Positions 38,501 through 51,672 of a DNA stretch of 64,000 bases are shown here, piece by piece. The translations under genes and the position numbers were made by a program. The DNA is taken from positions 4,030,001-4,094,000 of the forward strand of contig CDPCPM010000052.1 in NCBI GenBank assembly GCA_976551045.1, written 5' to 3'. The notes beneath the pieces were generated by a model that was given only the letters and a program-made list of their open reading frames with translations, was not told the origin of the DNA and did no database searches. Positions within the stretch are counted from its first letter, which is position 1. Each line of letters begins with the position of its first letter. Source of the stretch: Glaucostegus cemiculus (Eukaryota).

Positions 38501-38979
38501 TTGTAAGGTTAAATGTAATCGTGTCAAAATGCAAAACAAAATCACTGGAGTATTAGACAATTCTGATATTTTTAATTGTTCGTGATTACTTTCATCCTTC
38601 CATCTCCATACTGTATACTTTTGATGCTTAACAAATCTCAATGCAAAGTGTTCATTGAATTATTTGTCGTACTACTTAAGAGAAGTGCATTAGCTTTCTG
38701 AGTTCAATGCAGTGTTTCTTTTAAATATGGTTAAATTTTATTTTATTTTAAATATTACTGTACTTTAGACTTGATGTGTTTCTCTCGCCCATGGAACCCA
38801 ATAATCTACGTTATGATCGTGTGCAGTCTCAACACCTTTCTTTCCTTTTTTTAATCTCTTTTACTGCTGTGATTTCTACTTGCTCAGCTTCCCATATATT
38901 GGCTATTTGGACAAGCCATTCTTTCATGTAGTTTTGCTTGTTTTAAGACTTTCTGTCCATTCTTCACCAAATACTACAG

Positions 38980-39070
38980 TACAGAAGCAAAATACTGAAG
39001 GGTGCTGGAATTCAGAAATTAAAACAATGCTGGAATTGCTAACAGGTCAGGCAGTCACTGGAGAGAAACC
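38980..39070 (-). mobile_element. Single Penelope-derived arm
   Basis: tgctggaattcagaaattaaaacaatgctggaattgctaacaggtcaggcag...ggagagaaac. Confidence 0.6.
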
Positions 39071-42054
39071 AGCCTGTAATGCATTTAATTTCCAGGTTTT
39101 ATTCTTCACAGTTACGCATAACCATGGGTGGTTCTATCAATGCATTTCAAAATTAATGCTGATTATAAAAAATGAATTCCTAGGGGAATGTTACCAAATA
39201 AAATGTTAAAACAAAATCGCTAAGCATTTAACTGCAAGCCATTTGGAAAGATTGCACACTGTATGTAAAGGTATTAGCGTTATTGATCTTCCAGCAGTAT
39301 CATTTAGTCTGAGCACTGGTGTGCGAGATGTTTTGTTTTCTTGTGTGTGTGTATGATGAATGCTGAATATAATTTTTATCCAAATTATTTTTGTCTTTCC
39401 TGCATACCAATATGTCTGTTTTATATTATTTTGATTACTTGCAATTTGGCTGCTGATTTTTAAAAACAGCATATTAATAGAAAAGAAACGTGGTAGCACT
39501 GTAATTCAAACACAAACTGCATATGCACCACCTGTAAATGTCTAGTAGGGCTCCTCAGATTAACTCACTAATCTCAGTAGTATTCAGATCATTTGTGTCA
39601 GCAAATTTCAGCACATTCACTGCACAACATTCTTTCTTATTGAACAGAGCACTATCAAGCATTGGTAATTCTTTGGAGAACTGTATTAATCCTTTAATTG
39701 TTGAATTTCCAAGCATAATTTTCAATATATTCTTGTTCAAGTTTGTTAGATGCTACCATAGTAAATTCTTTGCCTTGTTGTCATTCAATTACTCAGACCA
39801 AGAAGTTCCCAAGTTCAATCCTAGGGCACTATTGACTTGACTGAGCTAACGTTTGGTCCTACGGTAAGGGAAGGGGAGATTTTGCCCCAGGTCCCACTGA
39901 TGACCACAGTCTAATGACTGCTGGTGGATATGCAAAAATGCTGAGAGGTAGCAGGAGAGATTGAGCACCCACATTCTTGAGTAGCCTGATGATCTTCACT
40001 CTCCAGTTTCCTAAATGAAGTTGGAATATTGAAGAACAGCTGTTAACGTCTTCAAGCAATTAATTTGTATATATAAAAAGTTGTGAGAAAATTATGCATG
40101 TGTGTGACTATTTTTTAGATTTTGCCACCAGTATAACAAAAAGTCAGAGCAAACATAAGTGCCTCATTAAACCAGATGTTTGAGAGCCAACATGTGAAAT
40201 GAGAAAGTATCATTATTTTTCTTGTCTGGGGAAAAAGTGAAATAAACCATCCAATTGAAATTTTTGCATTTATTGTAATAACTTTTTAAATAGGTTTTTC
40301 TGTAAAAATCATCCCTACTCAGTTGTAACAAAACACCACTCCATTTACATACTAATGAGCCTCTAATTAAGATTTTTTTCATTGAGACTTTTAAAATACA
40401 TTGGACATTAGTACCACTGGGGGCTTTTTGTCAAATGCTTTAAAAATACTTTTTAAATTATTTGACAATTTCCAATTTGGGAATTTATCTTAATGGTTAG
40501 TAAATCATAATTATGTTTAATTGCCCTTTTTACCGTGAAACCAGTAGGAAACCCTAATTAATATGTCATCAGTATGTAGTTTCTCATTTCTTTTGCAGAA
40601 GTATTTGTACATTCGAAAAGATAAATGACAGAACATTTCTGTAAATGTAAACCGTAAGCTTAAAATTATGCCTTGACAAAATCATGGCCCCAAAAAATGT
40701 GGTGATGGATTTTTTGCATAATGACAATTTGACAACTTTCACCTTCCCCCTCCCTCTTATAGCTGCTACACAATTATTGTTTATTGTTCTTGAGATCAGT
40801 TACTTCATCTTTGCATCAGATGGTTAACTAAAGCAATTTTTTTTAAGGTTGGTAGGATATTCATTTGGCTGTGGACCTGGGCATTTTTTTCATGGTTTGA
40901 GTTTGTGCCTGATCTTTTCCAGAAAACGCTTCCCTCGTGACAGTTCGGGCTTTGAAATTTGTTAAAACTATTCATAAACCCACCCCGATGCAGCCAATCA
41001 CACACAAATGTTTTTATTATGTTGGATTAAATCATGGCTGCAACTCGTGCACCTTTTACCCCCTCCCCCCCCCTCCACCCCACCCCTGGAAAAATCAGCA
41101 ACCTTACAAGATTGTTTAAAGTGGTCTGTGCTGAGACTTCAGACATAGGAGTGCTTTTCTCTTTTTGTTAAAGAAATTCCCAGTCAGAAGTCAGACTTAA
41201 AGGGGAGAGGGAATTTGCTTGGTGAAGAAAACTGCCGTAGTGAATCCCCAAGTTCACTGAGTGAACCCCCAAGTATTGGAGCCATTGTGCTTATGGCAAA
41301 ATAATTGTTGAGGTAGCTAAACCTTAAATTTCTAAGGCAAATTAGTTCCTCCACGGACTTCTATTTCCTTTTAGCTGTATGGATCTTGCTCCTAACTCCC
41401 TCCCTGTATTGAGTACATGAGGTTTACCGTGGACAGTTTAACTACTACAAGTCTGCATCCTCTATTGAAGATTTGGGGATTGTCAGTTGACCTTTCCACC
41501 AACAGCAGCCTTGAAAATAGCAGTGACTGTGGAGAAAAATTGCCTAAAACTTGATTGTGTTTCTTTATTACTTGCAAGGGAATTTGAGATCTCGGAACCC
41601 AACTGATCAATAAGGCCAAGTGTCCTTCAGCTGATTTAGTGCTGTACTAAACTGATTTCAAAAAGGGCGATCTTTGCGTGCGTCTTTCAGGACTGTAGAA
41701 CCCAGAACTTGTCCACTTCATTGATTCCTGAGACACAATTACTGATTCTCTTCTGGGACAGGCTGCCCCAGAGGATAGAAGAATCTGCAATTGAAGCATC
41801 CCAGACAATCTGCAGTGGATGTAAGGAACTGGGCTCCAAGGAATTATTCTTCGTCTGATTCCACAACATACAGACTCCATTCCTCCTCTGTCAGACCCCT
41901 GTGTTGGAGGCAATACTACAGGACTTCTTGCATCACTATTGTTGTGAAAATCATGATTCTCCTGGTAATTGGGATTGGTCTGCGATCTGTGGACATGAGA
42001 CACAGCTTACTGAAGGTGATTGCTGATGACAGTTACTTTATTTTTAAGTACAGA

Positions 42055-42228
42055 GGAAGTGGCAAATGCGGGTACAATTACAATATTTAAAAGACATTTA
42101 GACAGGCACGTGGATTGGAAAGGTTTAGAGGAATATGGACCACAAATGAGACTAGGTCGGGTACATAGCTTGGTCATCATGGACTAGCTGGGCTGAAGGG
42201 CCTGTTTTCGTGTAGTATAACTCTGACT
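42055..42228 (+). mobile_element. CR1 3'-end fragment
   Basis: atttaaaagacatttagacagg...gggctgaagggcctgttttcgtgtagtataactct. Confidence 0.85.
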
Positions 42229-42587
42229 TTATCACTTTCATCACAGAAACAGCTTTCTATATTGTGTTCCCCACCAGCACCCTGCTTCCTTCAAGGCCCT
42301 TGCCTCCGTCAATACTTTTTTGAACGATGCTTATGTCAAATTGGGAGGGTAAAGGATGTTGTGCTGTTGTCGCTGATAAAAGTTGCAAGTGACATTCACT
42401 TTGTCGTTAACTCACCTTGGGAAATGTCATTCTATTATTTTTTAACTTGCCTTACTTGTATGAGGTAGAACACTTGTATTCTATGTTGTACTGTCATAAG
42501 AGTACTCTGCTGCTTTGTGGCCAGATCCAGGACTTTTAAGTAAGTTCTTGAATGCATGAGTTATCAGTCACAGATTTTCATTACATC

Positions 42588-42805
42588 ACACAGAATGGTG
42601 GGTGCCTGGGGTGGTAATGGAGGCAAATACGACAGAAGTTAGGAGACTCTTACGCACATAAATAATAAGAGAATTGAGGGATATGGATATTGTGTAGGCA
42701 GACAGGATTAATTTAGTTAGGCGTTTAATTACTAGTTTAATTAGTTCAGTGTAACATTGTGGGCTGAAGGGCCTGCTCCTGTGCTGTACTATTCTATGTT
42801 CTATC
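42588..42805 (+). mobile_element. CR1 3'-end fragment
   Basis: cacacagaatggtgggtgcctgg...gtgggctgaagggcctgctcctgtgctgtactattctatgttctat. Confidence 0.85.
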
Positions 42806-43985
42806 CTTTGTAAAATGATCAGTGTCCTGATTAGTCAATTGACAAGAGAACAAATCCTGTTGACCACATTTGAAAGGTTACTACGTAGTTAGATGTAAAC
42901 CAAGACGTTGTTTGCATTTGCAGGAAACTCATGCAGTCAGGATTCTGAATAATCTGGATTTATGCAAATGGTGTATTCCTGGAAGTAATCGATAAAGATA
43001 ATTTTTAATGGTAATAATTGTTTTTGAAGCTTGGTCCACATGGAAAGTGCTGAATGAATGCTTGCAACTTAAATGCTCATTTCAGAAATGAAGTTAATGT
43101 TACAAAAAAATAAAGGACAAATTTTGTTTGGTCAATAGCAGGAAAAATGATAGTGCTAAATTTTTATTTTGTTTTTATTTTTATTTGCAAAATTACTTTT
43201 GTTCATCTTTTATATAAAGTGTAACCAGAAACCCAAAAGCTGTGCTATGAAATAAAATGAAATTATTCTCAGAATTTTTGAACAAAATGGGTAAATGTAG
43301 TGAAACTGTTCAAGCCAAAAATCTGACTCAACACTTTTCTTGTGAAACATTATCTTCACCTACTGCATATGGAGGATTCAATATAATGTTTACGGTATAA
43401 TGTTTAAAATATTTGGCCTTGTTCGTAATGAACCGGATAAAGTGCTCTCAGCCACTTCATTTTGAGGTTACATATGATACAAACATCTATGTCTCTCTTC
43501 TCCCAGAAAGTTTGCCAGAGATTTTATTTCCAAAGAAATATGACCACTCTCAGGCTTGAAAGCATTGCTTAAGCCAGGGTTAGTCTCAATTTATTTTCTG
43601 ACCTATTCATTTCACAATTGTCTGATGCGTTTGACCCTTCTCTCCTGGGACATGGGTCTGAGATCAGTGCAGTTAGCTTTTACTGCCACTAGATGTCTTG
43701 ATTTTGTTTTATTGAATGGATTTTAACTTCTAGAGGCAGAACATACTGTGAAACATTCCTTATTGTCATCTTGGTGAAGGGATATTTTTAATTTTGCTTC
43801 AAAGTTATTGTGAACAAAATGATTTTAGGATAATTATCACTGATAATTTACCTGTTGAAGAAATTTCTTCAATGCAGAGAATGTGGATTGTTCTGTGATA
43901 TTAAAATGTGCAAATTTAAACAGTGTAAAACCTGGTCCACTTAACTTTGTTTTATAGTTACCCAAAATTACAACTTTAATGTACC

Positions 43986-45428
43986 AAGGGGATGGTGCCG
44001 GAGAATTGGAGGGAGCCGAATGTTGTCCTCTTGTTCAAGAAAGGTAGTAGGGATAGTCCAGGGAATTACAGACCGGTGAGTCTCACGTCTGTGGTGGGTA
44101 AGCTGTTAGAAAGGATTCTAAAGGATAGGATCTGTGAACACCTGGAGAGACATGGACTGATTAGGGACAGTCAGCATGGCTTTGTGAAGGGAAGATCTTG
44201 CCTCACGAGCCTGATAGAATTCTTTGAGGAGGTGATGAGGAAGATTGATGAGGGTAGTGCGGTGGATGTGGTCTACATGGATTTTAGTAAGGCGTTCGAT
44301 AAGGTTCCTCATGGTAGGCTTCTTCAGAAGGTCAGAGGTCAAGGGATCCAGGGAAGATTGGCTGTGTGGATCAGGAATTGGCTTGCCTGTAGAAAGCAGA
44401 GGGTTGTGGTGGAGGGAGTGCCCTCGGATTGGAGGGCTGTGACTAGTGGTGTCCCGCAGGGATCGGTTCTGGGACCTCTACTCTGTTATATTTATAGATG
44501 ACTTAGATGAAGGAGTGGAAGGATGGGTTAGTAAATTTGCGGATGACACCAAGATTGGTGGTGTAGTGGATAGTGTGGAGGACTGTCAGAGCTTACAGAA
44601 GGATATTGAGAGGATGCTGGGCTGGGCGGATGTGTGGCAGATGGAGTTTAATCCGGAGAAGTGTGAGGTGGTGCACTTTGGTAGGACAAACTCCAGGGCA
44701 GAGTACAAGGTAAATGGCAAGGTACTTAGCAGTGTAGAGGAGCAGAGGGATCTGGGGATTCATATCCACAGTTCACTCAAAGTTGCCTCACAGGTGGATA
44801 GGGCAGTTAAGACGGTTTATGGGATGTTAGCTTTTAAAAATCGTGGGATTGAGTTCAAGAGCTGAGAGGTGATGATGCTGCTTTACAAAACTCTAGTTAG
44901 ACCGCACTTAGAGTATTGTGTTCAGTTCTGGTCACAGCATTATAGGAAGGATGTGGAGGCGTTGGTGAGGGTACAGAGGCGATTTACCAGGATGATGCCT
45001 GGATTCGAGGGTATGGAATATGAGGAGAGGCTTAAGGTGCTAGGGCTTTGCTTGTTGGAGAGGAGACTTGATAAAGGTGTATAAAATATTGAGAGGAATA
45101 GATAGAGTTGACAGCCAATGCCTCTTTCCCAGGGCGCAGATGCTCAAGATGAGAGGGCATGGCTTTAAGGTATTGGGTGGAAAGTTCAGGGGAGAAGTCA
45201 GAGGGAAGTTTTTCACCCAGAGAGTGGTTGGTGCATAGAATGCTCTACCCTACCTGGGGTGGTAGTAGAGGCAGATATGATGGACACGTTCAAGAGATTG
45301 TTAGATAGGCACATGGAAGAACGGAATAGTAGGATATGTGGGAGGAAAGAGTTAGATCATGTGAGGTTTGATGGATGGCACAACATGGTGGGCCGAAGGG
45401 CCTGTTTTGTGCTGTATTGTTCTATGGT
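43986..45428 (+). mobile_element. 5'-truncated CR1/HER1 LINE with reverse-transcriptase domain (inactivated)
   Basis: ORF pieces NYRPVSLTSVVGK...QHGF..GRSC...YMDFSKAFDKVPH...SGVPQGSVLGP / FADDTK / RPHLEYCVQFWS. Frameshift near 44485, TGA at 44863-44865, further indels; 3' tail ggccgaagggcctgttttgtgctgtattgttctat. Confidence 0.97.
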
Positions 45429-46169
45429 TGAACCTGACTAATCCTTGTATTTTTGTGAGGTTTATTTCAAGCATTTTAGAGTTTCTCATTGATCAATATG
45501 CATTTATACAGCAAAAAAAGTCTTTTGACCCTGCTGCAAATGCTCAGAAATATTTAAATGTTCATTTTTTTGCTTCAAAACCTGCACAGCTAATCTTAGG
45601 TTTTTTTCCATAGTTTAACATTTTATTAATATAATATTGTCCTGAGTTGTGTTAATTTCTAATTGCATTTACAACTGAAAACTCAAACAATTTATCTTCT
45701 GATGCCCTGACACTGTCAGCATCAAAGGGACAGCACTTGCTTGCTCTTGACCTTGAAGTGGGCTACAAAGTTTTGCTGGGTTTATAGCAAAGCCTTGCTC
45801 TAGTCAAACATCAGATGTGCTGTGCACCCTCTCCATGTCACCTATTCCTCACTCAGACATGCTGAGCCGCAGTCAGGAAGTATGTGGTAACTTTAAGTCG
45901 TGCATAGAACATGCAATAAGGCTTGGGGAAAACTTGTGGTATTAAGAGTAAGATAAAAGACTTGGGTAAAACATTTTTTAATCTCTAGCATTAGTTAACT
46001 CATGTGGGATGAGGATCCATATTTATTTTAGTTAGTTTTCAAGGCTAGTGATGTTGTTGGGCAGTAATTATCATTGATTTATTCATTTAAAAATCTGCTT
46101 ACGCCTGTGTGCAGCAGCCCTAATATCTTTACCTGTCTCTAGTGGAGATTTAGTCAGCAAATGCAATTT

Positions 46170-46390
46170 TGAATCCCAGCACGGCAGCTGCCTAATTTAT
46201 ATTCAAATAATTGAATAAATACAGAATTAAAGCTTGTTACAGTAATGGTGAACATGGAATTACTGGTGGTTGTGAAAGCCCATCTGGTTCACCAGATTCC
46301 TTCAGGGAATGAAGTCTGGGGCAATTAGAGATGGTCAATAAATGCTGGTATTTCCAGTGATTGCCACCTCATATGAATGAATGGGGAAAA
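46170..46390 (+). mobile_element. Chondrichthyan tRNA-SINE, internally deleted
   Basis: gaatcccagcacggcagctg...aaagcccatctggttcacc...ggcaattagagatggtcaataaatgctgg...atgaatgaat. Confidence 0.75.
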
Positions 46391-47773
46391 ATATACTCCA
46401 AGTCCCAGCACTGATTATCAGCAAGGACTGTGAAAACACATGATGTGGAGCAGCACAGTACCACTGATGGCAGAGACTTCCTGCAGACTCCAAATTGTCA
46501 CATTTGATATTGCAAGACTATAAGCAGGAACACGCCAGTTGGGCTGGAGTTGATGCTGATCTCTCATTGGAATGTATTCTGGTTTTGTAGGAGATCTTTG
46601 ATTCAACAATGAATCCTGCTCATCTTTTCTCAGTAGCTCCTTTGTGGCCTGTGCTCATTTCTTAATCATCAGCTTATTCTGTTAAATTTGGTGCAGCTGC
46701 TCTGTGTTGTTTCCCAAGTGATGGATACATCCTACACCAGAAAACCAAGTTCTGTAAATATCAACAATCTGCAGTGTATGCCGAATGGTAGAAGCACAAA
46801 TGGGAAGCCCTCATGGCTCAATGGACATTGGTCATTCAACTTTGGAAGACATCAGGGTACCCCAGTTTACCAAGCTCTGCCATCATTGTGTTGTACAAGA
46901 TATGGCAGCATATGGCTGAAAATGCTTCAGGATTTTCTCGCTTCTCTGTTGTCTCCTTCATTACTTTTGTATTGATGTATTGCACTGGTGCTGCTCTTAC
47001 CACTTCCAATTGTAAATCCATAAGGCTACAGTGGTCTACACAATGAAAACTGTAATGTTGGCCTTGCAATACTGAATTTTGAAGTTGTGATAATTTTTAG
47101 TAAGATGAATCTAAAAATCCATGATGCCCTGTAATTTAATGCCCTTGCTGTACTGAATTATATCATAAAAGGTTATTGGAATAGTGGTGGGCATTGAATT
47201 AAACATATATTAAAAAATTTGACTCTACATCAAAAGAGAAAATTAAAAAGATTTCATTTTCTAATGCATGTTAACATAACCTCTCCAGAACTGCAGCATT
47301 AAGAAAGGCCATGTAGCAGATTATTAACATATTACATCAGTCTGAAGCAGTAAATCTGTATAAGTCCACCTCAAATGTTAAATCTTTTCCTCCTGTAACA
47401 TGAGCAGCAAGCAGAATCTGGTTTCTTTTTATTCCTCCTTCCTTCCTCACCAACCGCAGCACCCAACCACCTCCCCCCACCAAGAAGAATAGAAACGAAT
47501 TGACAGAGGACCTAACTAACCAAATGATTGATTTTGCACTTTGTCCATTGTGATGGGATGGGGAATCAAATTATATTAAAAAGGGTTCTGTTGCCTTTGT
47601 GGTGAGTTTTGCCTGAATGATGTTGAAATGACATGCGGAGCCTGTCGCCATCATGCAATTTCCTTCTGTTCTGCTGATGGGACATTAATATCGCCATCTG
47701 TTTCTTTGTCAAGCTGCATCCATAGTAAAACTCTGTTCATCTGTTTGACTCCTGTCCTTTGTTTGCCTTGCAG

Positions 47774-47871
47774 GCCATGCAATATTCAAGCTCACATATC
47801 TAAGCAATCATGACCACAAGCATCTCTACTTTGAAGCAGACACCAACACAGTCAATGAAATTGTGCTGAAG
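47774..47871 (+). CDS. MAPKAP1: MAPKAP1/SIN1 internal coding exon (98 nt, phase 1-0), PH domain
   Basis: Acceptor ctttgtttgccttgcag|GC, donor AAG|gttagt. Translates (S)[32 protein letters not shown] (human [33 protein letters not shown]). Confidence 0.98.
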
Positions 47872-49362
47872 GTTAGTAGCAGAGCAGGTATTTTGCTGAG
47901 GAAAAGCTGGTGACTGATGACAGTGTGGCAATAAATTCTGTACACTTCTGTTGTAATGTAGTTTGACTGTAATGAGTTCAAACATGATTTGTAACTTGCT
48001 AGAGGTATGGAGCATCATTGCTGCATTTCAACAGTAAAAGTAATTCCACTTTATCTTAATAAGTGTTTCAATTTGCATCTTATGGAAATAGCAGCATTTC
48101 ACCACTGAGAGTGAGTTATAGCACTGCTTTCATAAGTGATCTTTGCATGTGTGATGCATTATTTTGAACTGCATGAACTGTCCCGTGACTGTGTGAATGG
48201 AGACCTTGTGTTAGAGAGTTAAGTATGTTTCCTTTGCTGTAGAACTCCATCCATGCTGACAGTTGCATTGAGCTTCTTTAACAAAATATGTCAGCCTCCC
48301 AGATTTATTGCTTAAACAGCGTGATGAGTGTCTATAGACCGGGAATTTTGCTGATAGGAATTTTGTGTCCAGGACACGTGTGCAAAGACCTGGCATGAAG
48401 TGCTTGAAATAGGAAAAACTGATAGCATTCCTTTTATTAAGCCATCTGCATTAAGATTAAAATCCATAGCAACAGATCCATGCAATGTATCCGTTCACTT
48501 TCAGCTGCCTGCTTTGACACTAAACTGGAATTAAATGAAATTCGCGGAATAAACCAGGCTGGGACAGTAACTGCTGAGAATTTTTAAGTGTTATCGTCAC
48601 AGTGAGGATGCAAGTGTTGAATCTGATGTAACTTGATGGGAAAGTAATTTTGCAGTAACAAAGTTTCTGTTCAAAAGAATGTTTTCTAGTTATTAACGAC
48701 GGTAAAATTCAGTAAGCTACATGAAACCTGTTCATTGGAAGCAGGCAAATTTAAAAGCAGCTTCATTTACCCGATGATCAATGATATATTTTACACGCTG
48801 ATTTAGGGAGGAGTCATTAAATTTGTTTTACACATTGTTTTAATACAAAACAACATATTTCACATTCACTTCAGTGAAATATGTCAGTGTTACTGACAGA
48901 AGAACATCACTATCGACCACCATCGTGACTCATGATTTTGATCTTTATTTAATTGTCTTTTTCTTTATTTTTCAATATTTTGGGTGACTACACAGTTTAT
49001 ATTAAATACTTGCTGGAGTTTATAGATTCTGTAAGGCATTCCTATTGCAATTAAAATGTTAATGATAGTGTTTCATTGAAGTGCTTTAACATATTAAAAT
49101 TAAAATCTGTTGTAAAAACATTAGCATCAAAACAGATGTAACACAGTTCAAATTGCAGTTAAGTTCAATGGGTATTTCATTTTAATGGCAGAAACCTACA
49201 ATTGAACAGAAAGAGAAAGAATCAAAGATAATGAACATGTTTTGTGCACCTAATTCTTCAGTAACCTCAAACAGTTTTGAGCTTGGTTTAGGGGGGAAAG
49301 CTCAAGCTCCTAACATGTCAGTTTGATTAAACGCTTCTCTTGATAATTTTGTGATGCAAGCT

Positions 49363-49620
49363 CTTTTTTTTTAATTTTAAATTTTATTTACAGCGTAGTA
49401 ACAGGCCCTTTCGGCCCTCCGAGTCCACGCCGCCCATTTTAAACCCACAAATTAACCTACCCGTACACGTCTTTCAGAATGTGGGAGGAAACCGGAGCAC
49501 CCGGAGGAAACCCACGCAGACACGGGAGAACGTACAAACTCCTTACAGTCAGCGACGGGAATCGAACCCGATCGCTGGCGCTGTAACAGCGTCGCGCTAA
49601 CCGCTACGCTATCGTGCCGC
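49363..49620 (-). mobile_element. Young full-length V-domain tRNA-SINE, CR1-tailed subfamily
   Basis: CpG-rich. Minus strand gcggcacgatagcgtagcggttagcgcg...gggttcgattcccg (A/B boxes), V core, then tail gggccgaaagggcctgttactacgctgtaaataaaat and an A-rich end. Confidence 0.95.
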
Positions 49621-49884
49621 TCTCTTGACATTGATTTTCCTTTCCCCCAATGGCACACTATCTTTAAAATTCTCTAGAAATAAAATGTTGTTGTTTTACT
49701 GTGGCCGTAACGTGTGGCTTGTGTATGAAGAGAATCGGGATTGAAACAATCCACATCTGACTATAGCATTGTCTTAACTGCTGGGAGTCAGTTTTTAACT
49801 TTCATCACTGAAGATTAATTTGACTAAATATAGGAACCACTTTGTTTGGTGGCTAATATTAAATGAGCTATTGAAGTAAGAAGT

Positions 49885-50780
49885 AAAAACCGAAAATGCT
49901 GGAAGCATTCAGCAGGTCAGGCAGCATCTGTGGAGAGAGAAGCAGATAACATTTTGGGCTGAAAGCCCTTCAGAACTGGGAAGGAGGGAAAACAAAGTGG
50001 TATCAAGCTGCTGAGGAGTTGGGAGAGGGATGGATAAGACAAAGGGAACATCCTTGATAGGGTGAGGCCAGGGTCACTGTGGGCATCGTTGTAGGGGTCA
50101 TTTGGTCAATGGGTTAATGGGGCAGTTAGTGACAGAAAATGAACAAAAGCTATGAAGGCCATTAGAGAATGAGGGTACAAACTGAGTAATGTAAAAGTTG
50201 CAGGACAGGCCCAGGCTGTGCTGATGGAGAAAGGAAACACTGAGCCAATATTACAGGTCAGCGACTCACAATGGAAATGTTTAATACTGAAACAGATGGA
50301 GAAAGTAAGTTAGTTGTGGAATTTAATATTGAGACTGGAAGTTGCAATATCAAATTCTACAACTTGAGGTAACTTTCTTTTGCTGTCTGTATCAGAACAG
50401 GCCGGGTCACCCATCGGTGATACTGGTTCAGTTTCTTGCTCAACAGCTGGACATGTCACATGACCCAGTGTTTTGCAGCTTTTACATTCCTTTGACTGTA
50501 TTCTCACTCTCTAACTTCCCTTGTATAAAAACTTCCATGAGCAAAGGACTGTATTCTCTCTCCCAAACTGCCTCCATCGACCATTAGGCCTTGTTTAAAA
50601 CTTAACCCCATGGCAACCCTGGCCTCACCCCTATCAGCAATACTTCCTTTATCAATTCCCCCTACCCTTCGTGCAACTTGTCACTTACTTATTTTCTCTC
50701 CTCCCCAGTCTGGTGAAGGGTCATCGACCTGAAACGTTAACCTTGTTTCTCTCTCCACAGAATGCTGCGTGAGTGTTACT
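49885..50780. mobile_element. ~900-bp inverted (head-to-head) Penelope-like element 3' ends
   Basis: Nested inverted matches 49921-49940/50748-50768, 50056-50074/50616-50635 and 50313-50331/50345-50363. The centre encodes ...SLNIKFHN* (minus) and NIKFYNLR* (plus), resembling a Penelope ORF end. Hammerhead-like core at 50710-50738. Confidence 0.85.
50710..50738 (+). ncRNA. Minimal type I hammerhead ribozyme motif (mutated core)
   Basis: CTGGTGA-AGGGTC-ATC-GACCT-GAAA-CGTT: CUGAUGA box with one A>G change, stem II GGUC/GACC, GAAA, palindromic ACGU stem III. Confidence 0.6.
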
Positions 50781-51529
50781 GCTCCTGTCTCCACCACCAC
50801 CTCTTGCAGCTAATTGCAGATACAGTCTATTCTGTGTGTGAAAAATGTTTGCATTCTTACCTCGCAATTGCTAAGTACAGCCTTCAGTGAAAATGAGATT
50901 CATTGGCTGCACAAGGGATTAAAGAATTACCTGAAAGTTCAGGACTAACATTAATGCTGGCTGTTAGATGAAAGTATGTTTATAGGCTGAATTGTTGTAA
51001 TGAAGGGATATAATCAAGATTAATGTAATTAATACAAGCTCTCAAATTATTTGTATTCAGATGTGTCGAAGATGGCTAAAATTTATTACCAGAAATTTTT
51101 GGTTTTGAAACCAAGATCATTGACAATAGCAATAGTGCTATTTTAAATCAAATGTATTGGCCAAAATTACAGCCAGGCCAAGGTGTTGCACTGGGGATGG
51201 AAAAGAGAGATGCTAGTTATGGACTGGACTGGGAGTTTATAATTGAATCATCCAGACTAAACCTGATCTAGTGCTGCTTCTCTGCAAAGATAAGTTAACC
51301 TATGTCTACATGGTTCACTGCCACAAGCCCAAGACAATTTTAGTGGTGTGACAACAACTAATAGAACTCGTATCCTAGATCAGGAATATCACCCACGTGC
51401 ATAAATTCTTTGCAATTTCAGACTGTAGCTTGCTTTGTTGGTGATTAAGTGACTAATGTTTTATTGCTGCCTCCAAGAGGTTCAACACCAGGGTCTAAAT
51501 CTCTGGGCATACAGTGCAGGGAGTAATAA

Positions 51530-51672
51530 CAGAGGCACAAGAGGCTGCAAGTGCTGGAATATGGAGCAAAAAGCAAATTGCTGGAGGAACTGGAAACATT
51601 AACTATCCCTCTGTTTCCACGGATGTTGCCTGAGCTGTTGAGATTTTCCAGCAGTTTGTTTTTGCTCCACAA
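51530..51672. mobile_element. Internally deleted fold-back Penelope-derived element
   Basis: tggagcaaaaagcaaattgctgga pairs with tccagcagtttgtttttgctcca; retains gaaacattaact. Confidence 0.75.

Noticed and set aside
43992-45084. Active or domesticated reverse transcriptase
   Set aside because: 5'-truncated CR1 with a frameshift, an in-frame stop and deletions.
48321-48422. Possible C/D-box snoRNA (GTGATGA at 48321; CTGA at 48351 and 48419)
   Set aside because: No convincing terminal stem or C' box; the only rRNA complementarity I could see needs several G-U pairs. snoscan/snoReport would settle it.
49545-49620. tRNA gene (A/B boxes)
   Set aside because: It is the tRNA-derived head of a SINE, continuous with the V domain and LINE-derived tail.
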